A stretch of 64,000 nt of DNA from positions 620,001 through 684,000 of the forward strand of contig JBDOQK010000002.1 of assembly GCA_040437565.1 (NCBI GenBank). Reading direction: 5' to 3'. A program made the position numbers and the translations under genes. The notes under the pieces were generated by a model. That model had not been told where the DNA came from and searched no databases. It was given only the letters and a program-made list of their open reading frames with translations. Numbering within the stretch: position 1 is the first letter of the stretch; the number at the start of each line of letters is the position of its first letter. Of the stretch, positions 1 through 11,372 are shown piece after piece. The DNA is from Albugo candida (lineage: Eukaryota).

Positions 1-472
1 TTGCGCCATATTGGCTGCTGAGAATAGTGTGATCGAGTTTTTGAAATACATGCTACTTCGGGAGAGGTATTTGGTCTGCCGGATGCAAGCAGCCTGGAAA
101 GGCTTTGTTCAACGACGAATGTACCTAAAGCTACACCGAGAGAGAGGTTGGCTGAGATCTTTGCAATTTTCCTATGCAATTAAAATACAGCGAGCATACA
201 GGAGCTACGTTGCTAGAGCGCATATCAAAATCATGCGACAAAATAAGCTTCTCGAGAGACACAAGCAGACATATTTATGGGAGAGAAAACAGAGGTTATC
301 AGCGGAAAAGCTGAGGCAAAGTCACGCACAAATACAGAGCATGTACCAGTTACAATACAGGTATGATCGAACAATGAGACAAGTAGGCGCTCCCGGTTTT
401 AGCATGAAGGCCGACACCAGTAAAACATTACGAAAGCCACGATCAAGCGCCAAAATATTCTGTATCACATAG
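1..472 (+). CDS. 3' part of an IQ-motif/coiled-coil protein; the gene begins before the window and its true end is uncertain
   Basis: ORF 11..472 carries IQ-like repeats MQAAWKGFVQRR and IQRAYRSYVAR. Confidence 0.55.
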   Translation, partial: CAILAAENSVIEFLKYMLLRERYLVCRMQAAWKGFVQRRMYLKLHRERGWLRSLQFSYAIKIQRAYRSYVARAHIKIMRQNKLLERHKQTYLWERKQRLSAEKLRQSHAQIQSMYQLQYRYDRTMRQVGAPGFSMKADTSKTLRKPRSSAKIFCIT

Positions 473-789
473 TACCAAGTTTGAAACTACATACGAGAAC
501 TTGTAGTATCAATGTGGTAGGATCGATATCGACACATTGTCTTGTCAGCGATTATGCTTGTTAGTCTTGCTATGGCAAAGCCGTCTAGCACCGTAAATTT
601 CTGCACATTGAGATTAAAGCTTTCCAAGCAAAAAATTTGAGACGAACTTCGACAGTTTGAGACCAATTGAACAATGATTTAATGAAGCATGTTGAAATTG
701 AAGCTCAAATAAGAAGGAAAAAGAAAAGCAGTGTCCGCTTTCGTACAGAAATAGCAGGATTGGTGCAGAAAGAATTCGGCAAATAAATA

Positions 790-2290
790 TTCAGCGATGG
801 TTCAATATGCGCTACAGGCCATGATATTCTCGCCAGAGAGTGCCACAATTAAGTATCTGTCTTTTTGCCTTCACTAAGATTGGCCGTTCATGCAGCAAAA
901 CAAGCCGTTGAAGCTTTGCATATACGCTATAGGTATTCCCACGACACAGAGTAGTAAATCACGTGAATAAGTAACTCGGCCTGCTAAGTAGCATGTTCTA
1001 AATGGCTGCTAGCAAAGGATATTGATTGCGTAGGAATATTGACCGGATAGTCTGAACATTGAAGTTCCTTGCTCGCAAATAAATCAAGATTTATCTGCTG
1101 CAGAAAGCAGCACGCAATTATCGAGGTCCGTACACAAAAAAGGTGGTTATTGGGTAGAAAAATGAACCTGCATAGCTGTATAGTCCAGTTCAGCAGAATG
1201 CGCTTACTAAGATCCCAAAGAAATCAAAAGAACTTTGTCGAATATTCAGTTGAGCAAAATAATGAGCGACAAGGATGCGACGCTCGTTGAGGAAATCATT
1301 CTTACGAGAACTGGGGCTCTATCCAAACAAGTTGACGAAGCATTCCAATATAAGAAATAAGCATACGCTAGAGGTCGGATGAAGCCACATCATTTGAAGA
1401 GCGAATTATAGACCTCGCGATGGTAAAAAAAATTAGGCGCGGGCACGAAAAGATGTGTTTTCACGGCAGTTCGATTAATCAGTCCTGTCATTGCATACAA
1501 CTCGCCACAAAATTTCGACAATGAATTGTATGAGCTTTCTACTTACATTCAAAAATGATCAAAAGACGGAACTGGTCGCATATAAAGAAGTACTCGAATT
1601 ACTACCGTAGCACATAATAATTCATATGAATGGGATTAGTGCCAGATTATGCCAACGGATGCTAAGAAGTAACTACGAGATATTTTAATTCACTGGCATT
1701 TTCTGGTATCCTTTGTTTCAACGAGAGCACCAATTGATCGCTTCTTACTGCATGTGTAGCAAGAGAGTATTGATGGGATGATGATATTCGGATCCTGGCT
1801 CTTCTTTGCAACTGTACTTTCAACTTCAGCGTGCTTCTTCCACAGGAGCATAATCATCTCTCTCAGTGTCCAAGGTGAGGGTTTCTATCCAAACATAGCT
1901 AATCACATGTATGTGAAATACATTTACAAATCTGTCGCAGTGCTCGTACTTGTGACACAACTCAAAAGGCTTATCATTTCTTGCACAAGAAAAACAATCG
2001 CTTACCCTGAATACGTTGTTCGAAGGAATCATTATTGCAGCGCTCCAAATTTGCTAATATCATCTTCCTTGAAAATTTGGATTTCCAACGTAATACACGT
2101 TTACCTATTCCGTGCAGGGACTTTTTTGTGAATAAGGACTGCACTGGCAGGTTGTTAGAGAATCAGAGCGTGTAGGCTAATCTCCATACATCAAGAATCC
2201 CGCGAAAGACATTTCTGCGATAGCGATTCCGATAAAGGTCGACGAACAAGCTTGCATTCTGAAGCGTGATCCCTCTCCATAGTAAGATCT
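790..2290 (-). CDS. possible multi-exon hypothetical gene
   Basis: Short open segments on the minus strand (KMILANLERCNNDSFEQRIQ; KPSPWTLREMIMLLWKKHAEVESTVAKK) end at GTAAG donors; no family recognised; ends approximate. Confidence 0.3.
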
Positions 2291-2566
2291 GATGATATGC
2301 GAAGCTACTTAGTCATATCAGTATCGGCATAGATTTCCGCATCGATTCATATTCTATTGTTCTTTAGTACATTTGGAGTACAGTTTGTATTCGAAGGCAT
2401 TCCACAACGTGCGAGATGAGAGATCAAATACAATTGAGCACAAAAGCTGTCACATCATACAATTTATCGTCAATCAATTCGATTTTGATTTTTTCCCATC
2501 ATTACAGTCATTTTGTCGAATCAAATTGGTCGTTTACGGCGCATCGGCGGCCGCAGCTACGAGTCG

Positions 2567-4762
2567 ATGATTTGGAGAGAGGACTGCGATCCGTACGAAG
2601 AACAACGAAAAAAACGGCAATATGCCAAAGATTTGACGATGCAGATTCAGTATCAGAAGCAGCAGAAAGAACAAGAAGAACGCGAATGGGAAGAATTACA
2701 GAGGAAGTTTCAACCGGATGATCAATCTCCAGCGAAGTGGATATTACAAGGTGGCAAAGTTTATCGAGATCTAAATGGACCCAAGCCAGCAAGTCATCGT
2801 GTTGCATCAACTGCCCCGAATGTTAAGCATTGTTTTGAACCAAGTCCCATCCTAGAGACGCATGAGCAATTCAAACCGACCGACACATTCGATAATGCGG
2901 GTGCTCAAGATGCCTTAATTTTCGAGAGAAAAAGTCCAGGGAGAGCTCTCGATACATCAAACCCCTTGGCTCAACATCCAAACTTTTGTCGATTTCGAAT
3001 CACAGATTACGATCAGCAAACCGATCGAATGCGTGAAAAGGTACAGCAAATGGAGTGGGAGCAAACTTTGGACGCGCAGTTGCGTGAAAAGGAATCAATG
3101 AAGATACGAAGTGTACAAGAGGACAGATGCAAAGAACAAGAGGGTCAAAACGGCTTTTCTGCGTGGAAAAGCCCGTATCTGATTGCTGAGAAGGAAACGG
3201 AATCTCTTGACAGCTCAAATCGTCCGAAGCACTCACAAAGAGACCCAATAACGTGGAAAAGTCACCTTGACAGTACCAATTCGCTTGCAGAAGATTACCA
3301 GTCACCAGGGAAGACTTACGATGATGTTTCTAACGCTAAGAAGCTACAAAGAAGCGGCATTAACATGCCACCACCACCTCCTTCGTCCTCAACATACCGG
3401 CGGCCTATTTTACACAGTCAAAGCCCTGCAACATTGCACGATAAGACTAGCCCACTTGTGACACAGAGGTTGCAAGCAAACGATAAGGTGCTAGAAGAGT
3501 CTCGTCAGTTGCTGGCTGATATACGCAATGAGAGAACTCAGCTACGTAAAGAAAAGGAAGAGTTGCGATGGGAAAGAGATCAAATCTGTGAAGAGCGTTT
3601 GATGCTTCAACTGGAAAATGAACGGGTACTAAACTTGCTCGACAAACATGCTGACAGGAAGCTGAACGACTCCATACACGAATTTGTTCCGATAAAACAA
3701 TGTGTAAAAACGAACGAGGCTATGCGAAAAGAAGATTCTGATGATTTGCCTGATTCTGCGAAGCAAAAGCGTCAGTACCCATGCTGGTCTCCCGCTGTTG
3801 CTAAGATCAACGTGTATCCTTCAAATCCACTAAAAGAATCTACTAACTCAAGAAAATTCTCACTAAAAAAATCTAATGGTACATTCAAAATTATTGATAG
3901 TGATGCGACAGAAGTTCGAGTCGACAGAATGGATTCAAGCCACTTGAGAACAAAAGATCCTTGCCAGCGATCTTACACACCAATGACAATGGAAGAATTT
4001 AATAATCAAGCACAACTTTCCTTGATCAAAGACTCAGAGTCCATGCGTCTTCAGAGACCTCGGCAATTCAGACTGGCACTCCAATCTCCTACTTATCGTG
4101 CCCCATCAACACAGGTCTCCTTTTCCTGCGGAGATCAGCATTGTGAGAACAACATGACGGAGAAACCACTCACAAGCGAAAGCAAACTTGTTCCAATTGC
4201 AGATAAGTCGAATAGGGAACGTGTTGACGTTACCGAAACGCTACTCGAAGAGAGCGTTTTGGACGGATCGAGTAGACAGAGACCGCCCGAATTACTTCAG
4301 GCCAGCGGTACTACTGACCACATAAAAAGTAGACTCAATCCCGATTTTCTGCAATCTGGTGAAAGAACTGCACACACTTCAATACGCTACAACGAAAATC
4401 ACCCCAGAAATCATTTATCCGAATCAGAAACTCGTGCTATCAAAAGTAAGGGCTTTTATAATCTGAATGTGGATCAAAGCGTTCCAGAAGAAGTATTTCG
4501 AAGGCGTAGCTCCGTTGGATTCCGATCACCTTTTCCGTCCAAATCGTCTACGAAACATAAATCTAAAGAGAAAGCAAAACATCATAAAGAAGAAGCAAAC
4601 AAAAAATCAAGTGTTAATCCAAGTCCCATAGAGTCTTTAAAGTCAAACATAGCGAAAAGAGAGGCTAAAATTCCCGAAAGCAGCGCGATTGATCAAGATG
4701 CAAGCATCAATAGCAAGGAATTGGGCTTTTTCCAAGTCAAAGTATTCGATAATGAATCATAA
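2567..4762 (+). CDS. hypothetical coiled-coil/disordered protein, possibly CSPP1/CCDC66-like centrosomal or ciliary protein
   Basis: Uninterrupted 749-codon ORF (first ATG about 2567); motifs YAKDLTMQIQYQKQQKEQE and WEQTLDAQLREKE; central coiled coil. Confidence 0.7.
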   Translation: MIWREDCDPYEEQRKKRQYAKDLTMQIQYQKQQKEQEEREWEELQRKFQPDDQSPAKWILQGGKVYRDLNGPKPASHRVASTAPNVKHCFEPSPILETHEQFKPTDTFDNAGAQDALIFERKSPGRALDTSNPLAQHPNFCRFRITDYDQQTDRMREKVQQMEWEQTLDAQLREKESMKIRSVQEDRCKEQEGQNGFSAWKSPYLIAEKETESLDSSNRPKHSQRDPITWKSHLDSTNSLAEDYQSPGKTYDDVSNAKKLQRSGINMPPPPPSSSTYRRPILHSQSPATLHDKTSPLVTQRLQANDKVLEESRQLLADIRNERTQLRKEKEELRWERDQICEERLMLQLENERVLNLLDKHADRKLNDSIHEFVPIKQCVKTNEAMRKEDSDDLPDSAKQKRQYPCWSPAVAKINVYPSNPLKESTNSRKFSLKKSNGTFKIIDSDATEVRVDRMDSSHLRTKDPCQRSYTPMTMEEFNNQAQLSLIKDSESMRLQRPRQFRLALQSPTYRAPSTQVSFSCGDQHCENNMTEKPLTSESKLVPIADKSNRERVDVTETLLEESVLDGSSRQRPPELLQASGTTDHIKSRLNPDFLQSGERTAHTSIRYNENHPRNHLSESETRAIKSKGFYNLNVDQSVPEEVFRRRSSVGFRSPFPSKSSTKHKSKEKAKHHKEEANKKSSVNPSPIESLKSNIAKREAKIPESSAIDQDASINSKELGFFQVKVFDNES

Positions 4763-4782
4763 CATTCAGCAATTTTTCCTAC

Positions 4783-4834
4783 GCTGATTGGAGAATATAG
4801 TGCAAATACTCTGTACGTGACTTCTTGATTGGCT
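4783..4834 (+). promoter_or_regulatory. two reverse CCAAT boxes (GATTGG) upstream of the 4851 ATG
   Basis: ctgattggag at about 4783 and ttgattggct at about 4825, within an 88-bp intergenic gap. Confidence 0.4.
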
Positions 4835-4850
4835 GACAGCGTCAATTATC

Positions 4851-5534
4851 ATGGACACGCTCAAATTTCCACTTGCATCAAATCATGCACGCGCTGTAAA
4901 AGTTTACGAGTGTCCAAAACCGACATGGAAACGTCCATCGCTCGATGCGAAGTCTACAAAGTCTACTTCATCACACATGGTACCATATACCGCGTTTACT
5001 GAGATGAACTATTTAATAATTCAGTGATCTCTTTTTTAAGGCTGGTGATCAAAGTAAAATAGGAGTCCGTGGAATGTTCAAGAAAGCAACAAATAGTGAG
5101 TATGAGCAAGACTTCAAGCATGTTCTGGATTCCGTATGTGGTTTCGCGTATGACAATACACGAGGGAAAGAGAAAAAGCACCTCAAAACCAAACGCGTTG
5201 AAGCTTTAGGCGGGAAAAGAACAAAAAATGAGACGCAGCCTTACCACATTATGATGGCGATACAGAAAGCCGCAGAAAAACGTGAAAAAAGACGTCAAGA
5301 AGAGGTACGCTCGATGCTCCAATGTTCTTTCTCGCCTGTTACTTACAGCGCGCTACTTATGTCTAGCAAAAACGATCGGATCTTGTATCCAAAAGGGTAA
5401 AGATCTCTGGTGCTTCTAGGCTGAAAAATCAACGCTCGAATAAGAAAGGAAAGGGTAGATCTATTGATTATGGTATTCAAGCTACGAAAGGAGAATTTAA
5501 AAATGGAATACTCAACGTTCAAAAGCTTCGCTAA
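4851..5534 (+). CDS. DUF4602/C1orf131-like small basic protein (putative SSU processome factor), 3 exons
   Basis: Spliced (introns about 4980-5040 and 5305-5367) gives ...KRVEALGGKRTKNETQPYHIMM...KGEFKNGILNVQKLR*, matching the LGxK...Y and GxFKNGxL pattern of this family. Confidence 0.7.
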
Positions 5535-5557
5535 TTTGAAGATTTGTTATTTCATCT

Positions 5558-8185
5558 TCAAGATATATATTCTGGATTGGAAGCGTCAAATTCCTTTTCG
5601 TCCACCTCAAATAGCTGTGTAGTGGGTTCATCGGGCAGTCTTATTGTTTGCCCGCTAAACTGAGCATCTGCTAATTTTCGATGCATCCAGTCTTGCAATA
5701 TTTTTTGCTTTTGCTTCCGATAATTTTCACTTTCTTCTTTATACTCCTTCACTTGCATCTTATACAACCCCAATTCCTCTTCCATCTGTTTCATATGACT
5801 TCGTTTTGCTTTCAGTGTTTCTTTGTATGCGGCCAACTGATCCAAAACCTGCGTTCCGACTTGTCGAGATAAAATCATCTTCAATTCGACATATAGTTTT
5901 TCCTTCTCCAAAATCACCAAATCTTTTGTCGCTATCTCATCGAACTTCTGTACCAGCTGACGTTGTACTATGTGCATGTTTTTTATCATCGCAAAGCGCA
6001 CTGGGTCAGACTCTTCCAGCCGGCGCCATCTATGAACATTAAGAGGGTGACTGAGCTCACTTGCAAGAGCTTTTATTTTTAGTTTTTCTTCGGCCAGATC
6101 TTTCTCAAGTCGTTGTGCTTCCTTATTCAGATCCGACTTCACTTTGACGTTCTCCTGGTCAGCATTTTGCGCAAGCTGCATTTCGTGGATTTGACTTTGC
6201 ACTATTTCTATCTCTTTGCTTCGCTCTTGTAACTCTTTTGCTCCTTGGGAAAGCGTGGCACTTTGTATCTTGATTTTCTCATGAAGAACACGCAATTCAT
6301 TCTGACATTGAAGCACTTGCTGTCGTACTTTATCACGCTCTTGTATAAGTTGACGAAATTCGTTCTTCTGACGTTGTTTTTCAAGATCCGCTGTACAAAT
6401 AATCTTGGACAATTTAGTCATCTCGACTTCCTGATTTTCCATAATCTGCTCCGATGAAGTTATCTGTTTCTTGAGTCGAGTGAGTTCATTGCGTAATAAT
6501 TCTTTGCCTTTATCAACTTTATGATGATCAAAGTGCTCTTTGACAAGAGCATGATCTTTGCAAGAGATTTCTTCCTTCAGTCGCTCAATTTGATCATTTA
6601 ATATCTTGAATTGTCGTTTGAGATCGCTGATGGTCTCTTGCGCCTCTATAAGCTGCTTGGAATACACGTTCCGGTCTGCACGTAAAGTCTCGTACAAATT
6701 CTGCTGTTTCTTCAGTCGTCTATCACTTTCACTTATTTTCTGCTGAAGTGCAGCTACCTGCGTGTCCTGCACTTTTGCCTCCTTTAGTAGAGATTGGTGT
6801 TTTTCGGACGCTTGTTTTGCATCTAATTCATATTTTTCACGTTTATCGATGAATGATTGAATCTTTTTCCTTTGTTGCTTGACCAAATCTTTGAATCCTT
6901 GTACTTCGTTCTGCAAGTTTTTTTGTGTATTTTCTTTGACTTTGACTAAATCGTACACAAGTTGAGATTGATCATGAGCCCGAGTTAGTACTCTATTGAG
7001 AGATTCTTGCTCTCGCTGAATGTGCTGAGCTTTTTTCTCCAAAGCGCTCCGCTTTTTTTTTTCATTTTCCACATTTATGTTCAAAACAGTCGCAAGATCC
7101 GCTTGACTCGACTCCTGCTCAGTTTGACATTCTACGTATTTCCTAGCGACCTCATGCAGCTGCTCTCTGGCTATCTGAATAAGTTTCTCAACCTTTATAG
7201 AATCTTTCCGGACCAATTCGGTTTTCTCTCGTTCATGTACAATATCATGCTCTATTTGCTCATTTTCATGCTGCAACTGAATGTTCTTTTGCCACTGTGC
7301 TTGTGTGGCTTCAGTGTAAATGTGAGTTGATCGGTAAATATTGTCAATTTGTTTCAGGTATTTGTCCACTTGAGCTTTGCTGTCTCGCGCGTGCGAGTCG
7401 TCTTTCCTTAATTGGTCCTCAAGATCATTGAGTTGAACTTGTTTTGTACGCATATCTTCGGACAAAATACCAAAATACAATTTTAGTTTGCGTAGCTCTC
7501 TTTCAAGCCGGGCTTTCCGACGAGTCCCACTTTCGGTATCCCGTTTCTTCTCTTCAATCAAATCCTGTTTGCGATCTCGTTGCTCTGTCAAATGTTCATT
7601 TTTTGCTGCAGCTTCCTCTAAAAGTATCGTCAGATTCGCTATGTCTTTTTTCAAATCCTCCAGCCGAATTCTCTTGGTTTCTATTTCCTGAACAATTTCG
7701 GACTTCACCGTTCTAAGCTTCAGTATGCGTGACATTAAGTCAGATCTAAAGCTAGTGCCATCATCAGATGCGGGGTTGTGCGCGGTTCCTTGCTGGTTCA
7801 ACACAAGCAATTCATTTTGTACGATGCCTAGTTCAAGCTTCTCATCGTTAAGAGTCTTTTCTTTTTCTCGTTCTGCACGTGTGGAGGCTTCGAGTTGTGA
7901 GAAAATCACATCCAGCTCCGCTCGACATTTCTCTTTTTGAGCCGAAGCTTCGTTTTCTTCTTCCTGCTCTCGAGTTCTGAAGTCATGTATCACACCAATT
8001 TCCTCTTTAATCTCAGCGTTACGCCTATGCAATACCTGTTCGCTGTCCTGAGACCTTTTATAGATTATCAAAAGTTTTTCAAGCTCATTCCGAAACGATA
8101 CAATAGTATCAGGGATACGTGAGATGACTTCTTGAACATCATCAATCAACTCATTCTTTTCCTGCACTAACTCGTCCGATCGCAT
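5558..8185 (-). CDS. CFAP58: cilia- and flagella-associated protein 58 (CCDC147)
   Basis: 875-aa coiled coil with LYETLRADRNVYSKQLIEAQ, QIERLKEEISCKDHALVKEH and PLNVHRWRRLEESDP signatures. Confidence 0.9.
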   Translation of the reverse strand: MRSDELVQEKNELIDDVQEVISRIPDTIVSFRNELEKLLIIYKRSQDSEQVLHRRNAEIKEEIGVIHDFRTREQEEENEASAQKEKCRAELDVIFSQLEASTRAEREKEKTLNDEKLELGIVQNELLVLNQQGTAHNPASDDGTSFRSDLMSRILKLRTVKSEIVQEIETKRIRLEDLKKDIANLTILLEEAAAKNEHLTEQRDRKQDLIEEKKRDTESGTRRKARLERELRKLKLYFGILSEDMRTKQVQLNDLEDQLRKDDSHARDSKAQVDKYLKQIDNIYRSTHIYTEATQAQWQKNIQLQHENEQIEHDIVHEREKTELVRKDSIKVEKLIQIAREQLHEVARKYVECQTEQESSQADLATVLNINVENEKKKRSALEKKAQHIQREQESLNRVLTRAHDQSQLVYDLVKVKENTQKNLQNEVQGFKDLVKQQRKKIQSFIDKREKYELDAKQASEKHQSLLKEAKVQDTQVAALQQKISESDRRLKKQQNLYETLRADRNVYSKQLIEAQETISDLKRQFKILNDQIERLKEEISCKDHALVKEHFDHHKVDKGKELLRNELTRLKKQITSSEQIMENQEVEMTKLSKIICTADLEKQRQKNEFRQLIQERDKVRQQVLQCQNELRVLHEKIKIQSATLSQGAKELQERSKEIEIVQSQIHEMQLAQNADQENVKVKSDLNKEAQRLEKDLAEEKLKIKALASELSHPLNVHRWRRLEESDPVRFAMIKNMHIVQRQLVQKFDEIATKDLVILEKEKLYVELKMILSRQVGTQVLDQLAAYKETLKAKRSHMKQMEEELGLYKMQVKEYKEESENYRKQKQKILQDWMHRKLADAQFSGQTIRLPDEPTTQLFEVDEKEFDASNPEYIS

Positions 8186-8301
8186 TTATATGTAGCAGAG
8201 TAGTAGCCAACTCAATTATTTAAGCAAACCGAATGACCTTTCAAGATCCACCACTGTTCGTAACCGCTCCTTATCACCATTTATACGGTAGTGCCAGCAT
8301 C

Positions 8302-11300
8302 ATGACTGACGCAGCCAATGACGAACAGAAAGCGGAGAACGACTTTTCTGCTTCATTGGTTTCTTTTCCATATGAACCATATAGCATACAATTGGACTTT
8401 ATGCGCAGTTTATGGCAAACCATAAAGAAAAAACATATCGGCATATATGAGAGTCCTACGGGGACGGTATGAGGCACCATTTTGCTACTTTTCTTGTCTT
8501 GCTAAACGCCTGATTATCAGGGCAAGTCGATGAGTCTGATTTGTGGTAGTCTTTCTTGGCTCTACAAAAATACAGATAGTGCTGGCTTACTCCAAGAAAA
8601 TGACTGCTGCGATGGAAAAGGAGAAACTGGTTTGTCCGGGACAGAAGAACCGGCTTGGTTGGCATCTTACGAACACAGCAATATCTCGCGCCACAATGAA
8701 GCGATTCAAAGTACGATTGAGACTGCTCTTGAACCAATACGCAACATTCGCCAGCGAAGTGAGGAAACTCTCTCGAAAAATAAGCGCAAAGTCAGTCAAT
8801 TGTCAGTTCACAAGCAGCTTGAATCCCACGGAAAGCGATTCAAAGGTGATAAGACAAGATGTGGTAGATTGAGTACGGATCTAAGCGGAAGGAAAAATGA
8901 TGATCTGGTGTCCTCATATGACAGTGATGGAAGCAAAAGGGATGATCGTTGCGAACCGTTTGGCAACGCAAGTGCGATTGGATTAGGCACAGAGAAAGGC
9001 AAAGGAGTCATGAAGGTATTTTGGATTATATTTCATGTAATTGAATTAGTCGTTTGAAGCTCCTGTGTGTACAGATTTTTTACTGTAGTCGAACACATTC
9101 GCAAATTTCTCAATTTGTTAGAGAAATGCAGAAAACAGTGTTCGGAAAGCAAGTTCGGGTAGTCACGTTGGGCTCTCGTAAACTTCTGTGCATCCATCCG
9201 CGAGTATCCAAATTAAATTCTGACATTGCTATGATGGAAGGATGTTTAGACCTTCTACGTCACGTAAAGAAGAGAACGGATCCGTCCTCGGCCTCTTCAT
9301 GTGCGTTCTACAATCCAGACGCCTTGGATGAGTACAAGAATTATGCACTGGTAAAAACAGAATTGGAGTAAACAAGCTGTGATGACCCGTAATGCTGTAG
9401 GCACATCTTCATGATATCGAAGATTTACACCAACTCGGACAAGAACTTGCAGTTTGTCCTTACTATGGAACACGTCAAAGTCTCGACCTGGCTCAAGTAG
9501 TGGCGCTGCCGTATACGATGATACTGAGTGCCCAAACACGTGAATCGCTTGGTATTGATCTGAAGGACAACATCATTATATTCGACGAAGCTCACAATAT
9601 CCTGGAAACTGTACAAGATATCCATCGTGCTGAAATCGATAGTACAAATATTGTCAAGACGCGTCGCTGTTTGTGGCGATACCTTCAAAAATACGAAAGT
9701 CGACTAAAAGGCCAAAACTCTTATTACATCAACCAGCTACTTGCAATACTAGAAAGACTTGGAAATTTCTTGCGTCATATACGGAAAGTCATAAAAGGAG
9801 AGCCGGAGACCTCGAAGAGCAACATCGTGGAAAGAGAATTGGAAAGGCAGCTTGAAGGCCACAGTGAAGTAATGCACAAAATGTTACGCATTGGAGACTT
9901 CTTGTGCGAAGCAGACCTGGATCATTTTAATTTATTCAAATTGATACGTTATCTCGATCAAAGCGACTTACCAAAAAAGCTCATTGGATTTGTCGAGAAG
10001 CTGCAGACCTCTAAGAATGGAGGACTTCCGAATGATGGCAGTACAGCTGAATCAGATGAAACGGAATTAAACAGCAGGTACATCTCACCTTTAAGAACAC
10101 TTCAATCATTCTTGCAGGCGCTGATCAACAATAGCATCGACGGAAGAATTCTCGTGAAAATCACTGATGTAGTTTTCTATACTTTCTCCCGTGAGCACAG
10201 ACTTCCTCACACGTCTCTGTATTTTATATGAGTTAGCCATTCAAGAACATTTCAAGTTTGCAGTACTTGCTATTAAATCCATCCCATCACTTTGAGGATA
10301 TAGTGAAAGAAGCCCGAGCAGTCATTTTTGCAGGTGGAACCATGCAACCGGTGATGTATACTTTTACCAAAGAAGAGGATCAAATCTCACGCAGATTCTA
10401 TCGTAGGTTCAGCATCTTTTCGACCAGTTACTGCCTTCAGTTCCCCGAGAAAAGATAGATGTATTTTGCTGCGGCCATGTAATTCCTCCGACAAACCTGA
10501 TGGGACTTAGTTTATCTACAGGTCCCACACGCCAGATTTTGGAATTTAACTATGCGAGACGAAATTCCCTCGAATTATTCGACGAGCTAGGCCGCATTCT
10601 TTTCAACTTCTCAAAAATTGTTCCCGGTGGAATTGTGGTGTTTTTTCCTTCGTATAAGTTGGAAGCAACTATCGTGAACCGATGGCGCGATACAGCACAA
10701 TATCAAAATCTTGAAAAACAAAAGAAAATTTTCCGAGAGCCGAAGCGCACGGACGAATCAGACAGAATTTTGAAGCAGTACTCTGACGTGTGTAAGAGCA
10801 AGGAAATTTTAGGCCATTCTCATTGCAACTCTGGGGCAATTTTACTCAGTGTTGTTGGCGGAAAGATGTCGGAAGGTATCAATTTCAGTGATGAATTAGC
10901 AAGGTAAGCTGTCGCACGTATCCGATCCCTCCATCCGTTTTTATAATGGTATGCCTAGATGTGTTGTAATGGTTGGGCTTCCATACCCGAACGCAGCTGA
11001 TCCCGAACTTTTGGAGAAAATGGCATATCTAGATACAAAAAGGAGCGGTGAAGGTAGGAAATATTACGAGACTCTCTGCATGAAAGCAGTGAATCAGTCT
11101 ATCGGTACGTTGACGTTGGTGCTCTTTCTGATTCATGAGTAATGCTGTCGCTATCTAGGTCGAGCCATTCGCCATATCAGTGATTATGCAAGCATCGTTC
11201 TTCTTGATCAGCGCTATGAGAATCATCTGATACGTTGCCAGCTGCCAGAATGGATACAGAAGAGAATGCTTCCAGCAATTCAGGTATCCCAGTCTTTTGG

Positions 11301-11358
11301 GAAAGCGTATTCCAACCTGGTGCAATTTTACTCCAGTCACCGCAAACGTACAAGGTAG
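8302..11358 (+). CDS. DDX11: ATP-dependent Fe-S DNA helicase DDX11/ChlR1 (XPD family), multi-exon
   Basis: [10 protein letters not shown]-motif; Walker A ESPTGT|GKS split by an intron; [47 protein letters not shown]. Confidence 0.95.
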
Positions 11359-11372
11359 GGACGCTAATGATA

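Noticed and set aside
5681-8122. Several Phe/Leu/Ser-rich plus-strand ORFs
   Set aside because: Antisense shadows of the Glu/Lys/Gln-rich CFAP58 coding strand
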